Assembly (NCBI GenBank): GCA_002329335.1
Contig: DCTY01000024.1
Location: forward strand, 3,632 to 67,631
DNA: 64,000 nucleotides
Source: Christensenella sp. UBA1428
GTDB taxonomy: Bacteria; Bacillota; Clostridia; Christensenellales; UBA1750
Direction: 5' to 3'
Part shown: piece after piece, positions 18,007-26,163 of the stretch
Numbering within the stretch: position 1 is the stretch's first letter
How the letters are laid out: each line of letters begins with the position of its first letter
Program-made: the position numbers and the translations under genes
The notes under the pieces: generated by a model
Seen by the model: the letters and a program-made list of their open reading frames with translations, nothing else
The model's database searches: none
Told to the model about the DNA's origin: nothing

Positions 18007-19740
18007 ATGCTGGTCTTTAAAAATCCGACGGATCGTGGACAGCGCATCCCCGATCAGCCCGGACAATCCGTGCTGGCCGCCCTGGCCTGCGCTGGAATTG
18101 CCATCGCCGCCCCATGCGGCGGCGGCGGACGCTGCGGCAAATGCAAGCTGCACATTCAAACGCAGTATCCCTTTACCGCTCAGGAACTTTCCCTGCTGAC
18201 GCCCCAGGAGCGCAGCGCCGGCATCCGCCTGGCGTGCTGCGTCCCCGCCGCACAGGCGGATCGCGTCGAGCTGCCCCACCGCGAACAGGCGCAAATTGTT
18301 ACCGAAGGACAGCCGCAGCGCGAAATGGAAGCCCCCGCATTTTCTCTTATCGAGATTCCTGTGCCGCCCGCCAGTATAACCGACCAACGGTCTGATGAGT
18401 TGCGGGTTTGCGCGGCTGCCCACCTGGCGCTGTCCCCAGCCGCGCTTTTGGCGTTGCCGGACGCGCTGGCACAATCGCCGCAGCGGCTTTGGGCGCTTTG
18501 TCAGGATCAATCCATCGTGCAGGTATTTGCCCATCCGGTACGCCCGCTTGCGCTGAGCTTTGATATCGGCACCACGACGATCGCCGGTTATTTAACCGAC
18601 GCCCAAACCGGCGCCGTACTGCGCCAGCAGGGGCAGCTTAATGCACAGCATAGCTTCGGTGCAGATGTCATCAGCCGTGCCCAGCATGCGCAGACGCCGC
18701 AGGGCCTTGCTGCGCTGCGCACCTGCATCCGCCGTCAGCTTTCGGACATGGCTGCTTCGCTGCTCCAGCATGACGACCCGACCGCCGTGGCCGGCGTCAG
18801 CATCGCCGGCAATCCAGTCATGCTGCATCTGCTGCTTGGCGTTTCGCCCGCCGGGATCACCCGCGCGCCCTTCGCTCCGGTTTTTTCCGACGCCAAATAT
18901 CTGCCTGCGCCGCTGCTGGACCTGCCCTTTACACAGGCGCAGGTCCGCCTGCTGCCCGGTATTTCCGGCTATGTCGGCGCCGATACGGTTGCCGCGGTGC
19001 TCAGCAGCGGCCTGCATAAAACCGACCAGTTGTCGCTTTTGTTGGATATCGGCACAAACGGCGAAATTGTGCTGGGCGACCGTACCGGTCTGCGCGCCTG
19101 CTCGGCTGCGGCCGGTCCCGCCTTTGAGGGCGCGCACATCGCCTGCGGCATGGCGGGCGTCGCGGGCGCAATCTGCCGCGTATGGCTTTTGGACGGCGCG
19201 CTGCGCTTTGATACTATCGGCGGCATCGCCCCCGCAGGGATCTGCGGTTCCGGTCTGATCGACGCCGTCTGCGCGCTGCTTGCCCTGGGCATAATCGACG
19301 AATCCGGCGCCATGCTGGAAGAAGCTCCGGGCGTAGCCTGGGAGGAGGACGAGCTGCGCTATTATCTCGCCCCCGGCGTTTATCTGACGCAAAGCGATAT
19401 CCGTCAGGTACAATTGGCCAAAGCGGCCATTGCAGCGGGCGTCTTTGTGCTGCTCAAAGAGGCGGGCAAAACGCCTGCGCAGCTTCAGCGTGTCTATCTT
19501 GCTGGCGGCTTTGGCAGCCATCTAACCCCCCAAAGCGCCATGCGGCTGGGCCTTTTGCCGTCGGTGCCGTCCGAACGAATTGTTTTGCTCGGCAACGCCG
19601 CCGGCGCCGGCGCGCGTCAGGCGCTTTTAGACCGCAGCGCCTGGGCACAATGCGCTGAAATTGCAAAAATGACCGATTATATTGAGCTTTCCCTCAGGCG
19701 CGATTTTTCGGATCTTTTTATCGAGCAAATGATGTTTTAA
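18007..19740 (+). CDS. RACo-like protein: N-terminal [2Fe-2S] ferredoxin plus DUF4445/ASKHA ATPase domain
   Basis: Plant-type 2Fe-2S motif CGGGGRCGKCK...C. ASKHA phosphate motifs LSFDIGTTTIAG and LLLDIGTNGEIVLG, then C-terminal AAGPAFEG. Starts 3 nt after the ygiQ stop. Confidence 0.8.
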   Translation: MLVFKNPTDRGQRIPDQPGQSVLAALACAGIAIAAPCGGGGRCGKCKLHIQTQYPFTAQELSLLTPQERSAGIRLACCVPAAQADRVELPHREQAQIVTEGQPQREMEAPAFSLIEIPVPPASITDQRSDELRVCAAAHLALSPAALLALPDALAQSPQRLWALCQDQSIVQVFAHPVRPLALSFDIGTTTIAGYLTDAQTGAVLRQQGQLNAQHSFGADVISRAQHAQTPQGLAALRTCIRRQLSDMAASLLQHDDPTAVAGVSIAGNPVMLHLLLGVSPAGITRAPFAPVFSDAKYLPAPLLDLPFTQAQVRLLPGISGYVGADTVAAVLSSGLHKTDQLSLLLDIGTNGEIVLGDRTGLRACSAAAGPAFEGAHIACGMAGVAGAICRVWLLDGALRFDTIGGIAPAGICGSGLIDAVCALLALGIIDESGAMLEEAPGVAWEEDELRYYLAPGVYLTQSDIRQVQLAKAAIAAGVFVLLKEAGKTPAQLQRVYLAGGFGSHLTPQSAMRLGLLPSVPSERIVLLGNAAGAGARQALLDRSAWAQCAEIAKMTDYIELSLRRDFSDLFIEQMMF

Positions 19741-19760
19741 CGTCAAAGGAGACCATCAGG

Positions 19761-20477
19761 ATGAAAGACCAGTTTTACGGCCGGCTTTACCGGTTCGGCC
19801 GCGCAGTTTTCCGGATTTTCGGCGGTCGGCGCTACCGCCTTAAAGACACGCCCCCTCAGGGCCCCGTGGTATATGTGGGGCATCACCAAAACCTGCGTGG
19901 GCCGTTTCATACCATGCAGTGGTTTGAACCGCCGATCCATCTGTGGGTTCTGCACGTTTTTTTCGACCGGCAGGCCTGTTTTGATCAATATTATGGCTAT
20001 ACCCTCACCCAGCGCATGCATTGGCCCAAACCGCTGGCCTACGCTGCGGCGCAGCTGTTCTCGCGCGTTGTCAGCGCCCTGATGGCCTCGATACGCGCTA
20101 TTCCCGTTTACAGAGGCACCGTTCACATGCGCAAAACGCTTCAAATGAGCATGGATGCGCTGCTTGCCGGGGAAAGTCTGGCGATTTTCCCGGATATTGA
20201 CTACAGCAGCAACGAAGAAACCATGGGCGAAATCTATAGCGGCTTTATGGGTCTTGAGCGGTTTTATTTCAAAAAAACGGGCAAGCATCTGTCCTTTGTT
20301 CCGCTGGGCGTAGATATCCGTCAGCACCGGTTCGCCCTCGGCGAGCCCGTGCGTTTTGCAGACGATATCCCCTATCAGCAGCAAAAAGACGCGCTGGCGC
20401 TGCTTTTGCGCGACCGGATCAATCAGCTTGCCCAAGCTTCCGACCCAAAAACAGAAAATTTCTCCGCATCGCTGTAA
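19761..20477 (+). CDS. Lysophospholipid acyltransferase (PlsC/LPLAT)-like protein with degenerate motifs
   Basis: Layout resembles PlsC-type acyltransferases (VVYVGHHQNLRGP in place of the HxxxxD block; IFPDIDYSS in place of FPEGTR). 20 nt after the preceding gene. Function uncertain. Confidence 0.5.
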   Translation: MKDQFYGRLYRFGRAVFRIFGGRRYRLKDTPPQGPVVYVGHHQNLRGPFHTMQWFEPPIHLWVLHVFFDRQACFDQYYGYTLTQRMHWPKPLAYAAAQLFSRVVSALMASIRAIPVYRGTVHMRKTLQMSMDALLAGESLAIFPDIDYSSNEETMGEIYSGFMGLERFYFKKTGKHLSFVPLGVDIRQHRFALGEPVRFADDIPYQQQKDALALLLRDRINQLAQASDPKTENFSASL

Positions 20478-20482
20478 ACGTC

Positions 20483-20513
20483 TTGACTGTAAAGCCGCTT
20501 GACAGTGTACAAT
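20483..20513 (+). promoter_or_regulatory. MerR-type promoter with 19-nt spacer
   Basis: TTGACT-N19-TACAAT. The spacer carries ACTGT...ACAGT inverted half-sites and a CTTGAC direct repeat. Over-long spacers are the hallmark of MerR-regulated promoters. Confidence 0.55.
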
Positions 20514-20540
20514 GCGTCCATACCGACAGGAGGCATGCGC

Positions 20541-22001
20541 ATGAATATCAAGCAAATCGAACAGGAAACCGGTTTAAACCGCGCCAATATCCGTTATTAT
20601 GAAAAAGAGGGGCTGCTGGCTCCGCCGCGCATGGAAAACGGCTATCGCGATTATTCCCAGCAGGATGTGCTGACGCTTTCGCGCATCAAGCTGCTGCGCC
20701 GTCTGGACATCCCGGTAGAAACCATCCGCCAGCTGCAAACCGGCCAAACGAAGATGCAGCCGGTGCTGAACCAACAGCTGGCGCAAACCCAGCGCCGTCA
20801 GGAACAGCTGACCCGCGCCGCAGCGGTTTTGCAGACAATGGCGCGCGATGGCGTCACCTATGCTTCGCTTCAGGCGGAAAAATATCTATCCGAGTTGGAC
20901 GCCCCCATACCCGCGCCGCAGCAGCCTTCGCGCGATGGCCGGCCAGATGCCGCGTCCGCTTTGGCGCGCGACATCGTCGCGCCGTATCCCTGGCGGCGTT
21001 TTTTTGCCCGCGGATTGGATTTCAGTCTGTACCAGCTGCTATTTGAGGCCATTTTATATCTGCTGCTGGGGCTGCATCCGCTGCGCGCACCAGCAAAGAC
21101 CTTCGTCCCGCTCTTTGGCGCTCTGGCGCTGATGGCGCTTTTGGAACCGCTGCTGCTGCATTTTTTCGGTACAACGCCGGGCAAGGCGCTCTTTGGCCTG
21201 CGCGTCGAGGCAGACGACAGCGGACGGCTTTCCCTGCCGGCCGCGCGTGCGCGCACCCGCGGCGTGCTGTTTTCCGGCGAGGGACTATTCCTGCCCGTCG
21301 TTTCGCTTTGGCGCAACTGGCGCTGCTATCGCGCCTATACGCAGGGCGAGCCGCTCAGCTGGGAATATGACAGCCAACAAACGCTCAAAGACGCTGCGCC
21401 CTGGCGTGGCTGGGTCTATGCCGGCGCGGTTCTGATGATCGGCTTTTCCAGCCTGCTCGTTTCCCTTGCCGCGCTGCTGCCCCCGCACGCGGGACCGCTT
21501 ACCACCGCCGCATTTGCCCAGAACTTTAACGATCTGGCCGCTTATTACGATTTATACCCCGACAAAATGCTCGATCCGGCGGCCGCTTGGACAGACCGGC
21601 CGCAATACGGCGGGGTTACGGTCTATGTCGGCGGCGACCCGGTGCTGCCTCAGATCACTGTCACGGAAACCGACGGCGTTGTCACTGGCGTCCAGCTGTC
21701 GGTTTGCATGGACAACTGCGAAACCTGGATTAACAGTTACCAAAACCCGGCGATGATCGCCTATCTGTCGTTTGCCGGCGCGCACAGACCGATAAACCTG
21801 CTTTCGTTTTTTTATGGTAAAAACATTCAGCGCTTCAACGACGCCTTTGACAGTTTTTCATTTGAACAAAACGGTTTTCAGGTTGACTCCACCTGTACCT
21901 ATACCGGCTTTGACGCCGCTGCCTATGGAGATTCCGGCATCCTGATCCCCCGAAATCTGCCCAATCATTTTCAGTGGTCCTTCTCGATACAGCGCCAGTA
22001 A
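20541..22001 (+). CDS. MerR-family HTH fused to RDD-family membrane domain and C-terminal extracytoplasmic domain
   Basis: Start moved to ATG 20541 (SD AGGAGG). MerR HTH is IKQIEQETGLNRANIRYYEKEGLL...GYRDY. RDD region is YPWRRFFARGLDFSLYQLLF plus TM helices. About 170 aa follow with no family call. Confidence 0.75.
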   Translation: MNIKQIEQETGLNRANIRYYEKEGLLAPPRMENGYRDYSQQDVLTLSRIKLLRRLDIPVETIRQLQTGQTKMQPVLNQQLAQTQRRQEQLTRAAAVLQTMARDGVTYASLQAEKYLSELDAPIPAPQQPSRDGRPDAASALARDIVAPYPWRRFFARGLDFSLYQLLFEAILYLLLGLHPLRAPAKTFVPLFGALALMALLEPLLLHFFGTTPGKALFGLRVEADDSGRLSLPAARARTRGVLFSGEGLFLPVVSLWRNWRCYRAYTQGEPLSWEYDSQQTLKDAAPWRGWVYAGAVLMIGFSSLLVSLAALLPPHAGPLTTAAFAQNFNDLAAYYDLYPDKMLDPAAAWTDRPQYGGVTVYVGGDPVLPQITVTETDGVVTGVQLSVCMDNCETWINSYQNPAMIAYLSFAGAHRPINLLSFFYGKNIQRFNDAFDSFSFEQNGFQVDSTCTYTGFDAAAYGDSGILIPRNLPNHFQWSFSIQRQ

Positions 22002-22230
22002 ATCCTCCGGGCCGCTCCATGGCCGCACGGCGTTTTTCCCAACCAGAAAATACCGGCAAAAGCCGCATCCAAATCGGGGGATACCCGCAAAACAGGCATA
22101 TCCTTGCTTGCCGTCTGTCTGCATATACGCCGCCGCATGGCGGTATATATGCGCGCCCCTACATGACCGCTTTTATGTAATATAATATCGGTCAAAAAGG
22201 TAACAGCTTCCAATTTTCAGGAGGGATCCT

Positions 22231-22680
22231 ATGAACCGGATAAATTTTTATGGTCTTGCATTTATGCTTGTCATAATGATTCCAAATATTATTTTTGCAA
22301 TCACAAATAAAGCCGGGTTTCAGAATCTCTGGGAAAATAAACCGATTGGAGCCTTGGAGCAGATCGGCAGAATAGGCTGTTTTGTGCTCATGGTATTGAT
22401 ATTCCCGGGATGCGGGTTTGGTTTTTTGTCAGATGAGCGTTTTGCCTTCTATTTAATCGTTAATGTTGTGTTATCAGCAGCATACTGTTTAATCTGGATT
22501 ATTTGCTTTAAGAGAAACAGCATTTTCAGAGCACTGGCATTATCGATCATTCCGTCAGTGATATTTTTGTCGAGCGGAATCTTGAGTCGTTACATTCCGC
22601 TTATCGTGGCCGGCGCGATCTTTGCTCCATGTCATATCGCAATCAGTTATAAAAATGCTAAGCTGGAAATACCGCAATAA
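22231..22680 (+). CDS. Hypothetical 4-TM membrane protein on a low-GC islet
   Basis: SD AGGAGGG 7 nt upstream. Four hydrophobic segments. Visibly AT-rich codon usage, unlike the neighbours. Followed by a strong hairpin terminator. No family recognised. Confidence 0.6.
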   Translation: MNRINFYGLAFMLVIMIPNIIFAITNKAGFQNLWENKPIGALEQIGRIGCFVLMVLIFPGCGFGFLSDERFAFYLIVNVVLSAAYCLIWIICFKRNSIFRALALSIIPSVIFLSSGILSRYIPLIVAGAIFAPCHIAISYKNAKLEIPQ

Positions 22681-22700
22681 ATCCCAGTTTTCCGCACAAC

Positions 22701-22741
22701 AAAAAACATCCTGCGCGGCTTAACGGACAGGATGTTTTTTG
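22701..22741. terminator. Bidirectional terminator between the low-GC membrane gene and sigH
   Basis: AAAAAA-AACATCCTG-N14-CAGGATGTT-TTTT. Confidence 0.8.
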
Positions 22742-22823
22742 CTGTTTTATGGCTCTGGCTCCTCTGCCAAGCGCATTTTTACATTCCAAATTAAAAAATT
22801 TTCATCCCTTGGCGCATCTGCCG

Positions 22824-23474
22824 TTAAAGCTCCCGCTTGCTTTCCAGGTGCTTTTCCAGCTTGCGCTTGATCCGCTGGAGCGCATTGTCGATGCTTTTGA
22901 TATGCCGCCCCAATTCCTGGGCAATTTCCTGATAGCTTTTCCCCTGCAAATACAGGCCAAGCACCTCTTTTTCAAGATCGGACAGCATCTCAACCAAATG
23001 CGTTTCAATCTGAATATAATCCTCCCGATTGATCAGCAGATCCTCCGGGCTGGCCACCCGCCCCTCCGACAATACGTCCATCAGCGTCCGGTCGGATTCT
23101 TCGTCATAAATCGGCCGGTTGAGCGACACATAGGAATTCAGCGGGATGTGCTTTTGTCTGGTAGCGGATTTAATCGCCGTAATCATCTGGCGCATCACGC
23201 AAAGCTCCGCAAACGCACGGAAAGAAGACTGTTTATCGCTGCGGTAATCCCGCACCGCCTTAAACAGGCCGATCATCCCCTCCTGCACAATATCTTCCCG
23301 GTCGGCGCCGATCAGGAAATACGCATGCGCTTTGGCTTTGACAAAGTTTTTATATTTGTCCAAAATAAACTCGCTGGCGGCCACGCTGCCATTTTGGGCC
23401 AGCTCGACCACCTGCTCGTCGCTCATATCCGCAAACTGCTGATACTCCGCCACTTCCTTCAAACGCTTGACCAT
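22824..23474 (-). CDS. sigH: RNA polymerase sporulation sigma factor SigH
   Basis: Start moved to ATG 23474 (SD GAGGAG 7 nt upstream). Regions 2 and 4 recognisable (DREDIVQEGMIGLFKAVRDY; GKSYQEIAQELGRHIKSIDNALQRIKRKL). Classic yacP-sigH context. Confidence 0.9.
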   Translation of the reverse strand: MVKRLKEVAEYQQFADMSDEQVVELAQNGSVAASEFILDKYKNFVKAKAHAYFLIGADREDIVQEGMIGLFKAVRDYRSDKQSSFRAFAELCVMRQMITAIKSATRQKHIPLNSYVSLNRPIYDEESDRTLMDVLSEGRVASPEDLLINREDYIQIETHLVEMLSDLEKEVLGLYLQGKSYQEIAQELGRHIKSIDNALQRIKRKLEKHLESKREL

Positions 23475-23485
23475 CCGGGCTCTCC

Positions 23486-23989
23486 TCACATTTTTCTGCG
23501 CAGCTTTTCCAGCTTTCCCAGCACATCCTGCGGCAAAACGCCGTGCAGCGCCGTCTTGGGCTGCGCCGGCTGCCTGCGCCGGCCGGTTTCCCGCGTCTGC
23601 ATCACCATCTGGCGCAGTTCGGGGGAACTGATGCGCGCCGCGCCCCGCCCCATGACAATGCTCTGCTCGATTGCGTCCGAGGTCGCTACGCGCACCTCGA
23701 TCTGCCGGGTCAGATTGCGGCAGATATCATTGACCAGCCGCTCAATATAATGGTCCGCCGTTTCGCCGATCTTCGTATAAACAATTTCAATCCCCGCCAC
23801 CTTCTCAATGGCGCGGCGCGGGTTATCCCCCGCATATGCGTCGAAAACCAGAATCACCGTATCGCCTGAGTATCCGGCGTAATCGCACAGGATTTCAATG
23901 AGCCGCTCGCGGCTCTCCTGCAAATTCAGGCTGCTTTGAAACTCCGGCCATGCGCCGATGACATTGTAGCCGTCGATAATCAGCGTCAT
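23486..23989 (-). CDS. NYN-domain ribonuclease, YacP/Rae1 family
   Basis: Starts MTLIIDGYNVIGAWPEF, then VILVFDAY and EIVYTKIGETADHYIE. Sits between rlmB and sigH as in Bacillus. Confidence 0.85.
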   Translation of the reverse strand: MTLIIDGYNVIGAWPEFQSSLNLQESRERLIEILCDYAGYSGDTVILVFDAYAGDNPRRAIEKVAGIEIVYTKIGETADHYIERLVNDICRNLTRQIEVRVATSDAIEQSIVMGRGAARISSPELRQMVMQTRETGRRRQPAQPKTALHGVLPQDVLGKLEKLRRKM

Positions 23990-24795
23990 GCCTGCCCCCG
24001 GGCGCGCACCACTTCATAGAGCAACACCGCCGCCGCGCAGGAAGCGTTGAGCGAATCAAGCGGGCCAAAAAGCGGAATGGATACGATATGATCGCATTTT
24101 TCCAGCACCAGCCTTGAAATGCCCTCTCCCTCCGCGCCAATCACCAGCGCAGCAGGGCCGGTAAAATCCGTTTTGGTATAATCCTGCCCGGACATCGCCG
24201 CGCCGAAAACCCACAACCCCTGATTTTTCAGCTCGTCAAGCGTTCTGGCGATATTGGTCACCTTGGCTGTTTTGAGATATTCGAACGCGCCTGCCGAGGT
24301 TTTCACTGCCGCCGGGGTCAGACCGGAAGCGCGCCGGGCCGCAACGATCATCCCGTGCGCCCCTGCGCAAAGCGCCGTTCTGGCAATCGCGCCGACGTTC
24401 TGAGGATCGGTAATCCCATCGAGCACCACAATGAAAGGCGGCTCGTCTTTTTCCCTGGCGTATGCCAAAATTTCCTCTACCGTGCTGTAGGACGCGGCGG
24501 ACACATAGGCCGCCACCCCCTGATGATGATCCACAATCTGATCCAGCCGGCTGCGGTCAATCTGCTGCACAACGATTTTACGATCGCGCGCACGCGCCAT
24601 GATTTCCTTGAGCGACCCGGCAATCTCGCCGCGCGCCATGAGGATTTTTTCAATATCCCTGCCGGATTTGAGCGCCTCCAGAACAGGGTTTCTGCCGTAA
24701 ATCAGGTTTTCTGGCAATTCCCGCTGCCCACCCGGCACAGGCGGCTGACGGTCCTGCATGCGCCCTTCCCGCGCATTGGTATCAAACGGCGTCAT
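23986..24795 (-). CDS. rlmB: 23S rRNA (guanosine-2'-O)-methyltransferase RlmB (SpoU/TrmH family)
   Basis: YGRNPVLEAL N-domain and SpoU motifs (VVLDGITDPQNVGAIART; LVIGAEGEGIS; IPLFGPLDSLNAS). Confidence 0.9.
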   Translation of the reverse strand: MTPFDTNAREGRMQDRQPPVPGGQRELPENLIYGRNPVLEALKSGRDIEKILMARGEIAGSLKEIMARARDRKIVVQQIDRSRLDQIVDHHQGVAAYVSAASYSTVEEILAYAREKDEPPFIVVLDGITDPQNVGAIARTALCAGAHGMIVAARRASGLTPAAVKTSAGAFEYLKTAKVTNIARTLDELKNQGLWVFGAAMSGQDYTKTDFTGPAALVIGAEGEGISRLVLEKCDHIVSIPLFGPLDSLNASCAAAVLLYEVVRARGQA

Positions 24796-25531
24796 TTAAA
24801 TGCTCCGATCTTTCTTTCATTTCCTGCTGCCTGCCGCAGCTCTTTTTTCCCTCCGGGCATGCTCCGTACAGGCACGGCGGCCCGCTGCGGGCAAAGAGCA
24901 CCGGCGCAGTCTCCCGAACCAGGCGCAGCATCTCCCAGGCCAGCTCGCGGATTTCCCATTGCGCCCTGCCGCAGCAGCGCAGCGCAAAAAAATGCATCAG
25001 CTCCCGCGCGTTCATCGTCACCAAAAACCGCGTTTCCGCCGCGTTTGGCAAAACAAACCGCGCGTCCTCATTGGCCTTTTCCCCGCCGTCTTTTGAAAGC
25101 CGCTCCTGCCAGGTATTATACCATGCCTGCATGGTGCGCATCTGCTGGTCAAATTCCGCCGCCGCCTGCGGCCCCAAAGCCTCGATGGCCGGCGGCAGAA
25201 TATAATCAAAAACCTGCCCCGGCTCGTGAACCTGGGACACATACCGCTGGCTCTGCACCGAAAAGCTGGCAATCCGATGGCGCGTTATCTGCGCCAGAAG
25301 CGCCCGGGAAACGCCCTCAACCGCAAAAGTAAAGGAAACATGCTCGATGGTGGACAAATGCCCCACGCGCAGCAGCATCTGAATAAAACGCGTTTGATCC
25401 GCCTGGTCGATTTTTTCCGACAGCTCGTCCACCGTGGACGCGCTGTAACACGTCTTTGCCGCCCGTGCAATGGTCTTTTCCGGGTCGGGCGTACAGCTAA
25501 TGAGCGCAACGTGCAGCTGTTTTCGCGCCAT
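24782..25531 (-). CDS. thyX: FAD-dependent thymidylate synthase ThyX
   Basis: ThyX signature RHRIASFSVQSQRY. 249 aa. SD AGGAGG. Confidence 0.95.
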   Translation of the reverse strand: MARKQLHVALISCTPDPEKTIARAAKTCYSASTVDELSEKIDQADQTRFIQMLLRVGHLSTIEHVSFTFAVEGVSRALLAQITRHRIASFSVQSQRYVSQVHEPGQVFDYILPPAIEALGPQAAAEFDQQMRTMQAWYNTWQERLSKDGGEKANEDARFVLPNAAETRFLVTMNARELMHFFALRCCGRAQWEIRELAWEMLRLVRETAPVLFARSGPPCLYGACPEGKKSCGRQQEMKERSEHLNDAV

Positions 25532-25535
25532 CGAA

Positions 25536-25940
25536 TTATTCCTCCTTTAAAATGACCGCCATCAGCGCCTCCATCCGCGCATCCTGGCCGGTCAGGTACA
25601 AAAAACCGAAAAGCGCCTCCAACGCAGTCGCCTTGGCATAATCCGCCGGATCGGCATTTTTATGGGTCGTATGGGTGCGCACCTTGCGGCTTCGGCGCAC
25701 AATGTCCTCCTCCTGGCTGGTCAGCAGCGCGCCGATGCGCTCCAGCACCTGCGCCTGCGCCCGGCAGCTGACATGCGCCACGCACAGCTTGTGCATTTTG
25801 GGCAGCGTGTAATCCGTATGCGTCATCACATAGGTGCGCAAAAAAAGATCGTATACCGTATCGCCGACGAACGCCCACTGCTTTGGATTCAGCCGCATCG
25901 CCTGGGCCTGCGTCATACGCTGATCCGCACCAAAAACCAA
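25536..25940 (-). CDS. mrnC: Mini-ribonuclease 3
   Basis: AFVGDTVYDLFLR and RNase III-like signature. 134 aa. TTG start with SD GGGAGG 8 nt upstream. Conserved position upstream of rlmB. Confidence 0.9.
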   Translation of the reverse strand: MVFGADQRMTQAQAMRLNPKQWAFVGDTVYDLFLRTYVMTHTDYTLPKMHKLCVAHVSCRAQAQVLERIGALLTSQEEDIVRRSRKVRTHTTHKNADPADYAKATALEALFGFLYLTGQDARMEALMAVILKEE

Positions 25941-26078
25941 ATCCGCATCCTCCCATCCGCCGCGCCGCGCGCATCGTTTTTGTCAAGCGCCGGATCGGCC
26001 TGTTATCGCATTAAAGCCGTCCGCAAACGCCCCGCAGCGTCCACGCATAAAAAGCACGCTTCGCCGCAGTTTGTAATG

Positions 26079-26107
26079 ATTATACCACATCCAACCCGGC
26101 TTGCCAA
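26079..26107 (-). promoter_or_regulatory. Sigma-A promoter of the mrnC-thyX-rlmB-yacP(-sigH) cluster
   Basis: Reverse strand TTGGCA-N17 (ending TGg)-TATAAT, about 130 nt upstream of the mrnC TTG start. Confidence 0.6.
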
Positions 26108-26163
26108 CACAACGCCCCCACCAGAGCGTCGGATTTATGCGTCAAAACACCCTTTTTATGGGA

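Noticed and set aside
20499-20504. Second TTGACA upstream of the MerR-RDD gene
   Set aside because: It lies only 3 nt from the TACAAT box, so it cannot act as a -35. It is interpreted as part of the operator within the 19-nt spacer.
22749-25332. + strand ORFs 22749..23750 (333 aa) and 24355..25332 (325 aa)
   Set aside because: They are antisense to sigH/yacP and rlmB/thyX, which have canonical signatures.
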